This document shows positions 36,198 to 45,882 of a stretch of 47,110 nt of DNA, piece by piece. The stretch comes from a virus (Duplodnaviria; Caudoviricetes). The DNA is taken from IMG/VR virus record IMGVR_UViG_3300044478_000074, positions 1-47,110 of that record. One strand, given 5' to 3'. The notes beneath the pieces are model-generated. The model saw only the letters and a program-made list of their open reading frames with translations, ran no database searches and was not told the origin of the DNA. The translations under genes and the position numbers were made by a program. Positions within the stretch are counted from its first letter, which is position 1; every line of letters begins with the position of its first letter.

Positions 36198-36873
36198 ACT
36201 CTCTCTCCTTTTGCACTTCCGCTAACCGCTGCATAATCCTCTTTCGCTCGTCGCTCCGCTCCCAGACCATGTGGAAGATATTCCCGGCGGACTTGTTAAC
36301 CTCCTCCACCCGCGCATACGTCTCGTCCATTGGCGCGGTGCCGAAGGTGTGATGCAAGGGGATCATTTCAAGATCATCCCGATACCTGTCCACTCCGCCA
36401 TGCACAGCAATGTCGTGCCACACGCTATCCACGCAATTATGCAGCAGCTCCGGATACGCGAACCAGCCGCACGTCCGCACCAGCTCGCCTCCGCACGCCC
36501 AGAGTGTTACAAGGCTTTGCTTATAAACGTGGTCGTTTGGCCAGGCGACGTTCCAGTCCCCCGCCTCCGCCTCCAGCTTCTGCAGCATCCCTGGCGTTAG
36601 CAGGATAAAATCGTCGGAGAGGAACCCGTATACGGCCTCGTTCGGCCAGTGCCTGAACGCCCAGTTCATCTTCTCAGTGCAGTACGTGTTCCCCGGCGGG
36701 GTGAGGTGAAACTTCCACTCTCGAGGCCAAGAGTCATGGAAATATTCCTCCACCCTCGGATCGGCCTCGCACAGGATAATCTGCAGCGGTGCGCCGCCCC
36801 CGCACCGCTGCCAGCCGGGCAGGAAGGTTTCGCGCAGACGCTGAGCCCGCGAATGGCTAGGCAATATCCACAA
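36184..36873 (-). CDS. GT-A fold glycosyltransferase-like protein 2
   Basis: ILPSHSR, KMN, GFLSDD, HNCVD, HH motifs. Confidence 0.65.
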   Translation of the reverse strand: MWILPSHSRAQRLRETFLPGWQRCGGGAPLQIILCEADPRVEEYFHDSWPREWKFHLTPPGNTYCTEKMNWAFRHWPNEAVYGFLSDDFILLTPGMLQKLEAEAGDWNVAWPNDHVYKQSLVTLWACGGELVRTCGWFAYPELLHNCVDSVWHDIAVHGGVDRYRDDLEMIPLHHTFGTAPMDETYARVEEVNKSAGNIFHMVWERSDERKRIMQRLAEVQKEREYEHG

Positions 36874-37561
36874 GGGGCATCTCCTCTTGCGTCACTACCC
36901 GCCCGACCATCTCATGCGTGTACTCGAACCAGCCGTAATGGATGACCTCCTTGCTCAGGTCGTGATCGACATATATTTCAATCCCTCGCCGTTCAACCTC
37001 CTCCATCAGAGTCCAGTCCTCCCCCTGATAGTCCTCCATCTCGTCCTTCCACATCATGCCGAAATGCTTTATCCCGACCTGATGAAATACGGCCATGCTG
37101 AACAGGGTCACGCCGCAGCCAATCCGCCACACCTTCTCCAGCCCGGTGCTGTTCGGGTCGGTATAGCATAGCGTCCCGTATCCTGGATCGTTCGGGCCAG
37201 GCTTCAGCCTCGCCGTCGGGTTCGCCGGGATCGTCTTGGTTGCCACATTCGCTCCAACGATTGCCTTCTTATGCCGCATTAAACGGTGCAGCGTATCGCG
37301 GGGAAAGCCCTGATCGCTGTCCACGAATAGCAAATAGTCGGCCTTCAGCTTCAGCGCACTCTTCACCGCGTCCTTGCGGCTCCGGGGCAGAATGCTCCCC
37401 TTCATGTGGATCAGGTGCAGCGCCTGCCTCCGATCCGGCCACACCGCGACCTGACCAAAATAAGCGCACATCATGGCTAACGACATACCCATGTCCCCTA
37501 CCCACATTCCAGGACTAGGCACCGCCACCGCCACTCTCACAACCGGCTTTATATCTTTCAT
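36857..37561 (-). CDS. GT-A fold glycosyltransferase-like protein 1
   Basis: VAVAVP, YLLFVDSD (DxD), GCG, GED, H-x-G motifs. Confidence 0.78.
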   Translation of the reverse strand: MKDIKPVVRVAVAVPSPGMWVGDMGMSLAMMCAYFGQVAVWPDRRQALHLIHMKGSILPRSRKDAVKSALKLKADYLLFVDSDQGFPRDTLHRLMRHKKAIVGANVATKTIPANPTARLKPGPNDPGYGTLCYTDPNSTGLEKVWRIGCGVTLFSMAVFHQVGIKHFGMMWKDEMEDYQGEDWTLMEEVERRGIEIYVDHDLSKEVIHYGWFEYTHEMVGRVVTQEEMPLVDIA

Positions 37562-37581
37562 CTTAGACAGGCTCCTGTCGG

Positions 37582-37619
37582 GAAAAATGGGGACGATTAC
37601 AAATCGTAACCATCCCCAA
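37582..37619 (-). terminator. Hairpin + T5 after capsid gene; also dyad motif copy 4 (37587-37619)
   Basis: Minus strand TGGGGATGGTTAC-gattt-GTAATCGTCCCCA-TTTTT. Confidence 0.7.
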
Positions 37620-37691
37620 GTGAGCTAAGCCTTCGCCAAACTCAGCTCGGAGGAAAGTTCAACTGCGCAAAATACGCATATCACCCCCTGA

Positions 37692-38725
37692 TCAAGGCAC
37701 GAGGAAATTATTTAACCAGCACATCGTCTTCAGGTGCTCAAACTCCAGGCCGCACTCCGACAGCCACTGGCCCTTCGTCTCATCCGCATCGTTCGCCTGG
37801 ATGTTGTCCTGATGCGCAGTGTCCCGCATGTAGCGGTATCGAATTGAGCTCGGATCGATGATCGCGATGCTGTTTGTGAACTGGGCGTGCGTGTTGAACA
37901 GCGGATGCGTGCGGAGATAAGTCTCCCCCTGCGGGAAGATCCACCGTTGCAACCTCATCCCATACACGTTCACGAAGCCGTCAAAGTTGATCCTCGTGCT
38001 CGAGGAGTTCTTCGCCAGCTTGTTCAGCGAGTTCAGCGCCCCGTTCCCGCAGAACGCGATCCGCTCCGCACCGGCCCCGGCGTCGTAGTCCCAAATGGGA
38101 TACACGGCGTCCAGGAACGTGCTCTCGGTCGGCGTGGTCGTGAAGGCCGTCAGCCGGGTGCTCGCGTAGGTCGACAGGAACCACAGGAAACCGCCCGAAT
38201 ACCGCAGCGGCTTACCGCCCGTCCCAGTCGTCTCGTTCCGCTTCCCGAACCACCAGGCCAACTCCATTCCTGTCGCGTGGTCGAACATCTTCCGCTTCTT
38301 ATCATTCCGCAGCGGATCGCCCGTCCTCACGTTCGTGATCTTCGCCGTGTTGGTAATCCGATAGGCGGTTTTGAAGATCTGCGTGTAGTTCAGGAACTTC
38401 GTCGGGTTGCGGGTGGAGGCGCCGGGCGAGACCGAACCCTCCTCGAACACGTTGCCGATCTTCGTCATCGCCGTGTTGTCGCTCAGCGTCGTCTTCGTGC
38501 TTCCCGCCTGCCCGCGCGTGATCTGAATCTGCGTCGTGCTGTCCACCGCAGACACGACCACGATCTCGTTGGCATACGAGCTCGTCATCGTGGTCTCGAT
38601 CAGCAGCACGTCGCCAATGACCAGGTCCTGCGCATCGCCGGTGTCAACTACGATAGTGGTCGCGGCGGAGTTGTAGCCGGTGCCGAAGTTGACCAGCACG
38701 CGCACGGCGTTCAGCTCTTCTTCCC
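37692..38725 (-). CDS. Major capsid protein, exon 2
   Basis: EEG..P, NYTQIF, E.A..FG, E.GLE pattern of SU10/DUF5309-type HK97-fold capsids; spliced product 399 aa. Confidence 0.85.
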
Positions 38726-39415
38726 CGAAGAACTCCCTCCACTTTCGCTGAGGGCTGGAGCACACCTTAACCCATACAGGGCTTCGCGTCGCTGCTCTCT
38801 GAGGTTCGCGCATCGTTCGGCTTTTCGCCGGCATTGAAGGGGAAGTTGTAAGGCAAGAAAGTCGTCTATATTCGGACGGGCTCTCCATTGCGGGCGCCGA
38901 TTGCCTTGAACAGGAATGTCCAGCACCGACACCCGCACCCTTTGCATCTCCAGCAGTCGAGCCGTATCGAGCACGAGCCTCTGGCTCGTATTTGAAAAGC
39001 CGACATGAGGCTGATGATACGCCTTTCCCTTCACTGTTCCCGCAGAAATGGCTACGTATCCGTCGGTGTCCCACAGTCCTGCAAGCAGCGACAACTGCTG
39101 CCGTTGCGGGGCGGTGAAGTACCATTCCGGAAAAAACTGGCGATGAGCCGTAATGTCTCGGAAGAACTCGAAGCATTCCTTGTTCCTCGTCGTATATCGA
39201 GCAAGCTTTGTGCCTCCTCGCTCTCGATAAGAAATCGAGTGCGAAAGGCCAAACTGCTGATTCACGGCGCGGGCAAAGAGCTCCACTACCTCCGAGTCCA
39301 TCATCTCCAGCTGTACCAGGGGCCGCATATCGCTCAACGCACAAAGTCCATCCCCCAGCATAACGCCCACTACGTAGTCCATCTCTTCGATGCACTTTTC
39401 CTGCTGATTGTCCAT
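38711..39415 (-). CDS. Intron-encoded LAGLIDADG homing endonuclease
   Basis: Two motifs YVVGVMLGDG and LLAGLWDTDG. Confidence 0.88.
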   Translation of the reverse strand: MDNQQEKCIEEMDYVVGVMLGDGLCALSDMRPLVQLEMMDSEVVELFARAVNQQFGLSHSISYRERGGTKLARYTTRNKECFEFFRDITAHRQFFPEWYFTAPQRQQLSLLAGLWDTDGYVAISAGTVKGKAYHQPHVGFSNTSQRLVLDTARLLEMQRVRVSVLDIPVQGNRRPQWRARPNIDDFLALQLPLQCRRKAERCANLREQRREALYGLRCAPALSESGGSSSGKKS

Positions 39416-39520
39416 TGTTCATCCTTGTGAGTTTCACACTTTGGTCCACAAAGGCTTTAGGAGTTTCCAGCATTTTCCGCGATTTTTCTGAGCTATTAAG
39501 TCTCAGGTGGCAGGAAGTTT
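38726..39520 (-). ncRNA. Group I intron (795 nt)
   Basis: Exon ends in U, intron ends in G; P1, P10, P3, P7, P8, P9 pairings and P/Q/R/S elements visible; removal restores the frame. Confidence 0.92.
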
Positions 39521-39686
39521 ACCACGCAAACTCCGGATCGTCCGTTTTCTCCGACTTCATCTTCGCGGTCAGCGCGTGCAGCGGCGCTGTGCCGTTCGGG
39601 TTACGCCAGAGGATGTACTCGCGGAAGTTCTTGGGACGCTCGTCCGCGCTCCAGTCTCCCGTACCTCTCAGTCCTGCGACAGCCAT
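39521..39686 (-). CDS. Major capsid protein, exon 1 (55 codons + 1 nt)
   Basis: AAGGAG SD; MAVAGLRGTGDW...DDPEFAW; not in the ORF track. Confidence 0.88.
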
Positions 39687-39698
39687 GATGTTTCTCCT

Positions 39699-40556
39699 TT
39701 ACTCGTCGTCGCCCTCGTTCGCGAGGGCCGTGAAGAAGTTATCGGACGCAGGCAGGCGCGTGCCGCCAACGCTCCCTTGTCCCGCAGGGCGTCGAGGAGC
39801 GGCGGGCGGAGTGGCCGGAGTCGTTGGCGGCGGCGGGGCGGCATTGCCCTTCACCGCTGCCACGTCCAGCCCCATTGCAAGCGCTGTCATTTGTCCAATA
39901 CGCTCAACTGCTTCGTCAGTCGTTGCCTTCGGATTCGCCGCCCGGAACAAAGCACCTACCTGCAGTACCTGCTGCTTATGCCCCTTCAGCCCGGGCCAAG
40001 CGGAAAAGAACGTCTCGTCCGCTTTTGCCTCAGCCTGTTGGCTCGCCTGCGTATTATGCATGATCGACGGCAGAACCTTCATCATCTCCTGCACTGTCTC
40101 TTGCATAACCTGCATATGCACCTGCGCAAGCAGTTCCGGGAGCACAACTTCTGGCTCCGTCTGCATCTTTACGGCCACTTCATCAGGAAGCTTATAGCGC
40201 TCTTGGAGACGAGCCCTATATTCCTGAATCGCCTTCTCCATTGCAGCCTGTTGCTTAGCTGCCGAGGGCGGCGGGGTTGGTGCTGGCATAGCTACTGCCG
40301 GCGGCACCGAGAGATTAGTCGGAGCCGGCTGCGGAGCAGCTACAGGCTCGGACGGGGGAGCCGGCGTCGGCGTCGGCTCGGGAACGGGAGGCGCTGGCGC
40401 ATCGCCCGGCGGCAGTTCCAGCTCCGCAACGTCCAGGTCGTCGTCTAGCAGATTGTTAAAATCGGTCGTAGAAGGCGGAGGAGGCGGGGGCGGAGCGTTG
40501 CCGCCCAAATCCTTCCCTTCTCCTGCTTCTTCACGGTACCAGTGCTTCATCTTCAT
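39699..40556 (-). CDS. Capsid scaffolding protein
   Basis: Pro-rich and helical; directly upstream of the capsid gene. Confidence 0.7.
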   Translation of the reverse strand: MKMKHWYREEAGEGKDLGGNAPPPPPPPSTTDFNNLLDDDLDVAELELPPGDAPAPPVPEPTPTPAPPSEPVAAPQPAPTNLSVPPAVAMPAPTPPPSAAKQQAAMEKAIQEYRARLQERYKLPDEVAVKMQTEPEVVLPELLAQVHMQVMQETVQEMMKVLPSIMHNTQASQQAEAKADETFFSAWPGLKGHKQQVLQVGALFRAANPKATTDEAVERIGQMTALAMGLDVAAVKGNAAPPPPTTPATPPAAPRRPAGQGSVGGTRLPASDNFFTALANEGDDE

Positions 40557-40878
40557 GGCGATCCTCACTCAAGTGTTTTTGCGCATACTCCGCATCGTCT
40601 TTCGCCTGCGCTAGCGCAGTCTCAACGATACGAAGAACCAAGAGCATTCCCGAGCATTCACCGAGAGAAAAGTTGTGCTCCGCAACCTCTTCCGGCAAGG
40701 CCAGAATCTTCGAGGCAAACAGCTTCTTCCGCCCCTCGACCTGACCTTCGATAATCTTCGTCAGCTTCTCCCATCCGGGATGCTTTACAAGCTGTTCCCA
40801 AACGCCAGCGGCGTCTCGGGCATCCTCATACGCCGCTTCCCAAGCGAGCCCAACCTCCTCCGGCGATCTGTCGCTCAT
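40531..40878 (-). CDS. Hypothetical head-associated protein (115 aa)
   Basis: Between portal and scaffold; L.KHPGW motif. Confidence 0.7.
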   Translation of the reverse strand: MSDRSPEEVGLAWEAAYEDARDAAGVWEQLVKHPGWEKLTKIIEGQVEGRKKLFASKILALPEEVAEHNFSLGECSGMLLVLRIVETALAQAKDDAEYAQKHLSEDRHEDEALVP

Positions 40879-42824
40879 CCCACTTGCCCCATGCCAGGCA
40901 TCTGCGGCGGGAGGCCGGACGGCGGCTTCATCGGCACCACGTTTCCCGCCTGCGCCTGCATTGCCAGCTGCTCGTCCGGCCGGACCTGCACATTAAACTT
41001 CATCTGCTGCAGATTGCGGATTCCAGCGAGTTTTGCGATCCAACCAAAAATCTTGCCCATATCGTATTGTGCCAGCAGCGCCGGATTCGATCCCATCGTC
41101 TGCAACAGGCCATTCCACGACTGCACAAGCGCAAAGCGATCAATCGGCAGCGTGCCATCAACGGGCACAAAGTCGTAAAAGCCCGCAATCGACTGGGGAT
41201 CGACGTTGAGAATTTGCGGCGCGAAAGCTGCCGTATCCCCCGCGACGCGAAGCTTCAGCGTTGTATCATAATTCAACTGCGTCTGCTGAATCAGCTGCTG
41301 CACGAGCGGAGTGAAGCCCTGATACGACATAAACTCGCACACCGTCTTCAGTCGGCTAATGCCGAAGCTGGTGCTTGTCCGCACCTCCGCCGCCGTCCGC
41401 CGCCCGCCCTGCTGAATCATCCCCATGATGCTGTCGTTCACGCCAGCCACGCGCTGCAGCATATCCATCACGAACTGCGAGTCGCCGATATTTGCTCTCG
41501 TCACGTCGGCCACCTGCAGCTGCGTCAGCGCCGTCCGCACATCTCGCCCATACGCCTCCGGCTTGAGCCGTAACAGCTTGCCCGGGGCGGGATTTTCGAA
41601 GTCCTTCATCACCACCATCGAGGGATCAACGATGAACTGGTTGTTGATCGAGGCTCGCACATTATACATATGCACGTTGAAGAGCCACGACATAACATCG
41701 TTCAGCGGCTGCTGCCTCTCCATCAGCCCCGGGGCGAACAGGCTATAGGCCTCCGGCTCGAACTCAATCAGCTCCATCGGGAACCGGGTGGAGAGAGTGC
41801 CGAGCGGGGCGGCCTCGATGATCGTATCCTCGGTTGTGATCGTAAAGGCCCACAGTTCGCATCCCGATTCCGTGCCCAGGCCCCACGCGGACGGCTCGAC
41901 GCGAATGAGCAACTCGTGCCCCTTCACCATTGGCGCCAGCGTATCATCTTCATACCATGACAGGTCGCCATCGGCGTCCGGCAGTTCGCTATTCCTCCCG
42001 CCCTGATCTCGCGTCACTCCGTTCGCGCCAGCGTCAGCCGACTGCGCTGACTTCCGCAGGTTCTCCTTCAGCACATCGACGTTGATATAGCGCCCCGCCC
42101 GTTCGCCGGACAGGATTTCGTGCCAGGGAATCTCCACATACCGCCCGACGAACTCGCCCCGCTGGAAGTTCCACAGCGCCACCCGCGTGTCCGGGAAGAA
42201 GTCTTGCGGCCGGACGTTGAACAGCTTATTCCCCTGATACCCGGGCACCTCCGTGACCTGCGTAACCTCCCGCTCCGTCCCAGGCAGGGGCATGCCGAGG
42301 AACGTCTTGGGCTGCCGGACGGTCTCCCTCCTCCGCACATACTCCTTATCCCAATACGGCGAGATAATGCCCATGCCATACTTCAGCGGATCGAACAGCC
42401 ACAGGAAGAGCGGGACAGACTGCTGCCCGACCTGCATCTGGTAATCCAGCATCGCCTCCATCGCCAGCAGCTGGTTCTCCGATTCGCCATGCCGCCCCTG
42501 AACCTGCATCACCGGGCTGCGCGAAAGGAACACGGAGGAGATGTAAGTGTGCGCAGCCATCACCGTCGCGTAGCTATACGGAATCTCAATCGTCGTATAG
42601 CTCATCGTCCCGCTCTGCTCCCGATCCTGCTTCCGCAGCGCGTCGTTTGTCTTCGTCGGCAGATAGGCACCGAACCGCTCCTCCGCCTTCGCCAGTGCCT
42701 CATACCGCTTGCTCATCGCTTGCTGGCTCATCTGCAGCCGCCGCTTCAGCGCGTCACGCAGGTTGCCGTACAACTTCTTGCCCGGACGTAGCTGGTTCTT
42801 CAAACTCTGGTCAATCACGGACAA
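40875..42824 (-). CDS. Portal protein (649 aa)
   Basis: Follows TerL; KYG.G, FFPD, RTA.EV motifs and Q/P-rich tail of P22/SU10-type portals. Confidence 0.85.
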   Translation of the reverse strand: MSVIDQSLKNQLRPGKKLYGNLRDALKRRLQMSQQAMSKRYEALAKAEERFGAYLPTKTNDALRKQDREQSGTMSYTTIEIPYSYATVMAAHTYISSVFLSRSPVMQVQGRHGESENQLLAMEAMLDYQMQVGQQSVPLFLWLFDPLKYGMGIISPYWDKEYVRRRETVRQPKTFLGMPLPGTEREVTQVTEVPGYQGNKLFNVRPQDFFPDTRVALWNFQRGEFVGRYVEIPWHEILSGERAGRYINVDVLKENLRKSAQSADAGANGVTRDQGGRNSELPDADGDLSWYEDDTLAPMVKGHELLIRVEPSAWGLGTESGCELWAFTITTEDTIIEAAPLGTLSTRFPMELIEFEPEAYSLFAPGLMERQQPLNDVMSWLFNVHMYNVRASINNQFIVDPSMVVMKDFENPAPGKLLRLKPEAYGRDVRTALTQLQVADVTRANIGDSQFVMDMLQRVAGVNDSIMGMIQQGGRRTAAEVRTSTSFGISRLKTVCEFMSYQGFTPLVQQLIQQTQLNYDTTLKLRVAGDTAAFAPQILNVDPQSIAGFYDFVPVDGTLPIDRFALVQSWNGLLQTMGSNPALLAQYDMGKIFGWIAKLAGIRNLQQMKFNVQVRPDEQLAMQAQAGNVVPMKPPSGLPPQMPGMGQVG

Positions 42825-44290
42825 CCTCCTATCAGCGCCAGCGGCTTATACGCCGACTCATCGACTACATAGCTTTCTCCATCGATAGTCCGGGCGGCGA
42901 CGTTCACGCTCGTAATCGCCATAGCGAACGCATCCAGCATATCGTCGCGCTGATCCCGCACCTGCGGATCATAGTCGTCCATCTGCGTGATGAAGGTCGT
43001 GTGCGCCTTATGCACATAGATGTGGCCATAACTCAGCGGACCCGCAACCGCCTGCACAATGCGGTCAGACTTCCGCCGCCTGTCCTCCACCCGATCCATC
43101 GCGACGAAGGTCCGCCGCCGGGTCATCTCCTGTTCCAGATACCACGCCAGTACACGCTGATACGAAATGGATTCGCAAGCCGCCTTGACCGGCCGCCAGC
43201 GATATGCGAATTCGAAGAACTTACTCGCCGCCTGGTCAGGCATCACACCAGTCGCCGCATGATACTCAAGCAGGTAAATGTCGGGGCCGGAGAAGCCGAC
43301 GACCATGATGACGTTTTGATCCGCAGTTTTTGACTCCGAACTGGCCGGATCAATCGCTATCACCACCATCATATTGGTCGGCAGGACCTCCCAATATCGC
43401 AGCCGGTTTACATCAAAGCTCCGATTCGCCCCGGCAACGACTCGGCACTCCCACTCCCGCATCCACAAGTGATACTGTCCCCGGGCGATGTGCGCCTGCT
43501 TCTGCTCCTCCAGCCACGCCGTCGGGAAGCGCTCCGGCCACCGGCTCTGCCCGGCTTCATCGAAGCAGCCGAATGAGATGCCGTTCCAGCTCGGGTCGCG
43601 CATGCAGGTTTCGACAAGATCTTCGTTGTGAAACGGCGTCTGCAACAGCACCATCTTCGCCTCCGGCGCCTCGACCGGGTCGGCAAGGGAGTTGCCAAGG
43701 GCGGAGTAGAAGCGCTCGGCGATCTTCTTCCGCTGGTCAGGCGTTGCCGTATTCTCTTCATTGCAAACGTCGTCGCAGATGATAAGGTCGGGGCGGTAGT
43801 CGTCGACGTTAAAGCCCCGCACCTGCCCCGTAATCCCGCTCGCCAGCACTGTGATCGGCGTCTCTTCCACGCCGTGATATATCTCCAGCACCTCATCCGT
43901 CCACTTCGCCCCGACGCGCAGGCCGAACGTCTGCGTCAGGGCATGATTGTACATAATCTGCCGCCGGAGCCAGCGGGTGCTGAACAGCGAGTGGGGTTGG
44001 CTCACGCTGACAAACATGACCGTGCGGGAGACGGCGTAGGCAATGCGCTGCATCGTGAAGGTGCGGAGGAGCGACGTCTTCGCCCCGTTGCGAAACAGCT
44101 TCAGCGCATTGTATCTGTCCGGGCCGTAAAGGGCCGCGCCGACCGTATCGTGGAAAACGGGCGAGGGCTTACGAAAGGTGCGAGGGAAAAAAAGACGCCC
44201 GAAGCCGACAAGCGACCGAGCGCCTAGCTCCACCGCCTCCTTAGGCGAGATGGCTACAGAACTGTCTGCAACCTGTCCCTCAATATCCAC
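42815..44290 (-). CDS. terL: Terminase large subunit
   Basis: FRNGAKTS Walker A-like, LIICDD Walker B, IAIDPA and DDMLDA nuclease motifs. Confidence 0.92.
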   Translation of the reverse strand: MDIEGQVADSSVAISPKEAVELGARSLVGFGRLFFPRTFRKPSPVFHDTVGAALYGPDRYNALKLFRNGAKTSLLRTFTMQRIAYAVSRTVMFVSVSQPHSLFSTRWLRRQIMYNHALTQTFGLRVGAKWTDEVLEIYHGVEETPITVLASGITGQVRGFNVDDYRPDLIICDDVCNEENTATPDQRKKIAERFYSALGNSLADPVEAPEAKMVLLQTPFHNEDLVETCMRDPSWNGISFGCFDEAGQSRWPERFPTAWLEEQKQAHIARGQYHLWMREWECRVVAGANRSFDVNRLRYWEVLPTNMMVVIAIDPASSESKTADQNVIMVVGFSGPDIYLLEYHAATGVMPDQAASKFFEFAYRWRPVKAACESISYQRVLAWYLEQEMTRRRTFVAMDRVEDRRRKSDRIVQAVAGPLSYGHIYVHKAHTTFITQMDDYDPQVRDQRDDMLDAFAMAITSVNVAARTIDGESYVVDESAYKPLALIGGCP

Positions 44291-44435
44291 CCCTCTTCGC
44301 TCCCTTCTTCTTCAGCTTCTTCCCCGTCGCGTAAGATTGGCCGGTGGCTGCCTGCGCCACGGCATACGGATTCGCATCTCCGCCCTTCTCCTTCAACTTC
44401 TTCACCATCTTATGAACCTTAGTGCCCGCGGGCAT
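44280..44435 (-). CDS. Small basic protein (51 aa)
   Basis: AGGAG SD; MPAGTKVHKMVKKLKEKG...KRGGY; below the ORF-track cutoff. Confidence 0.65.
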   Translation of the reverse strand: MPAGTKVHKMVKKLKEKGGDANPYAVAQAATGQSYATGKKLKKKGAKRGGY

Positions 44436-44622
44436 AAACTTCTCCTTTCTGCGCAGCTTGGGCCCGCCTCATCAGCAGGTCCTTCGCCGCCTTCTCCACA
44501 TCGTCCTCCGTCGGCACGATGCCGAGGGCCAGGCCGGTGGAAAGATAATGCTCGCCCCTCCGCACATATTCGCGGATCTCGATCTTCGCCAGGTGCAGGG
44601 CGTAACGGTCAATCATGGCCAT
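44419..44622 (-). CDS. Hypothetical protein (67 aa)
   Basis: GGAGG SD. Confidence 0.65.
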   Translation of the reverse strand: MAMIDRYALHLAKIEIREYVRRGEHYLSTGLALGIVPTEDDVEKAAKDLLMRRAQAAQKGEVYARGH

Positions 44623-44639
44623 GCCTCCGGCGAAGTGCG

Positions 44640-45203
44640 TTAGGGCGTAAAGATATGCACGCCGATTTGCGGCGAAACGTGCAGGTGCGGTTCGCGGACA
44701 AGCGCGATCGGCTCAGGATATACCACAGCCGGGTCGAGCCAGCGCACGATTTCAAGGCAGCTGATCCGCCACGCCGGGGCGGGGAAAGCGACGGCGAGAA
44801 CCGGGAGATAGAGGCGCCGCAGCTGCCACCACGAGTCGGGCGTGTGCTGATACTTGATTTCACACACGAGGATGTTCCCGGCAAAAGGATCGATGTAAAG
44901 GCCATCCGGCTGACACCAACGGCGCTGTGTGCCGGCGAAAAAGCTGAACCACGGCCCGGCGAAGAAGTATTCGCCGTATCGCTCGGCCAGGTGTTCCTGC
45001 ACTCTCCGCTCATACCGAATCCCCACCGCCCGGCGACCAGTCCGCTTGCGCGGGAACGGGATGAAGGGCGGGCGTCCGGCCAGCCACTGGACGCGGCTCA
45101 CCTGAGTCGCCGGTGAGAAGCTGCGCGGGGGCGGCGTAGGGGATGGTTTGGCCGGAGCCGTCGATGGTTGCAGGAACACGCGGTGCCTCCAGCATTGAGC
45201 CAC
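44640..45203 (-). CDS. PD-(D/E)XK endonuclease
   Basis: G.RYE...QPDG...EIK...QL..LY; true start probably internal (GTG near 45101). Confidence 0.65.
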   Translation of the reverse strand: MAQCWRHRVFLQPSTAPAKPSPTPPPRSFSPATQVSRVQWLAGRPPFIPFPRKRTGRRAVGIRYERRVQEHLAERYGEYFFAGPWFSFFAGTQRRWCQPDGLYIDPFAGNILVCEIKYQHTPDSWWQLRRLYLPVLAVAFPAPAWRISCLEIVRWLDPAVVYPEPIALVREPHLHVSPQIGVHIFTP

Positions 45204-45684
45204 GCAGGCGGGAAAGGTCCTCCTTCTGCACGACGAAGAAGTTGTTTTGCTGCATCGGGTTAATGCCGCCCGCGCCGGCGCCGTTGCCTCGGGGCTGTCC
45301 GTATCCCATATACTCCATCACACTGTCGAAGCTCTCACGGATAAAGCGAGGGTCCTCGCTGCCCTCGAGCTTCTCGCCCAGGCGTTCGATGGCGACGTTA
45401 GCGAGCCCGCGTAGCTTTGCCGGAATGTCGTCTGCAATCCGGGCGAAGAGCACCTCCTGCCGCTCCGCGAGCTTCGCGCGGAAGAGGTCGCTGTTCATCA
45501 CGCGGGAGAGCCAGGACATGCTATAGCCGAAGTGCGCAGCCATCTCGCGCAATCCCTTCTCAGGATTCTCCAACACCCAGTTGAGCATCTGCTCATGCAC
45601 TGGGCGCATGGTGTCGATGGCCGGCTCGGGGGCGGGCGTGTCGGGGAGATGAAAGCCGAAGGCATCCATGACGCATGATGGCAC
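45010..45684 (-). CDS. Putative terminase small subunit
   Basis: HTH (LREMAAHFGYSMSWLSRVMNS) and helices; first gene of the late operon. Confidence 0.55.
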   Translation of the reverse strand: MPSCVMDAFGFHLPDTPAPEPAIDTMRPVHEQMLNWVLENPEKGLREMAAHFGYSMSWLSRVMNSDLFRAKLAERQEVLFARIADDIPAKLRGLANVAIERLGEKLEGSEDPRFIRESFDSVMEYMGYGQPRGNGAGAGGINPMQQNNFFVVQKEDLSRLRGSMLEAPRVPATIDGSGQTIPYAAPAQLLTGDSGEPRPVAGRTPALHPVPAQADWSPGGGDSV

Positions 45685-45755
45685 GGCGGAAGGGAACTGG
45701 CAAGGGGCGGGCGTGGGCGCGGGAGGGCGGGGCGGCGGCGGGGAGAGTGGATGGC

Positions 45756-45771
45756 GTAATTGTCCCCAATG
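45756..45771. promoter_or_regulatory. Dyad half site upstream of late operon
   Basis: GTAATTGTCCCCAATG is the exact reverse complement of 46718-46733. Confidence 0.7.
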
Positions 45772-45882
45772 TCGTTTTTGCTGCGTCGCCGTGAGTCGAC
45801 ATTCGAACCTGGCATTTGGCGCGGCAGGGGTGGCGGGCCGGGTGCCTGTTTTCCGTTATGAATCAACGAGTTGCGAATGTTG

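Noticed and set aside
37692-39473. 593-aa capsid ORF from the ORF track
   Set aside because: Its N-terminal part is a chance open frame through the intron; the real N-terminus is exon 1 at 39521-39686.
38711-39520. Intein in the capsid protein
   Set aside because: In-frame TAA after exon 1, endonuclease out of frame with exon 2, no C1/HN splice motifs, and clear group I RNA elements.
16340-45200. Long plus-strand ORFs opposite the late operon (e.g. 23348..24238, 37887..38837, 39507..40448)
   Set aside because: Antisense shadows of GC-rich genes, with Arg/Pro/His-rich composition and no SD.
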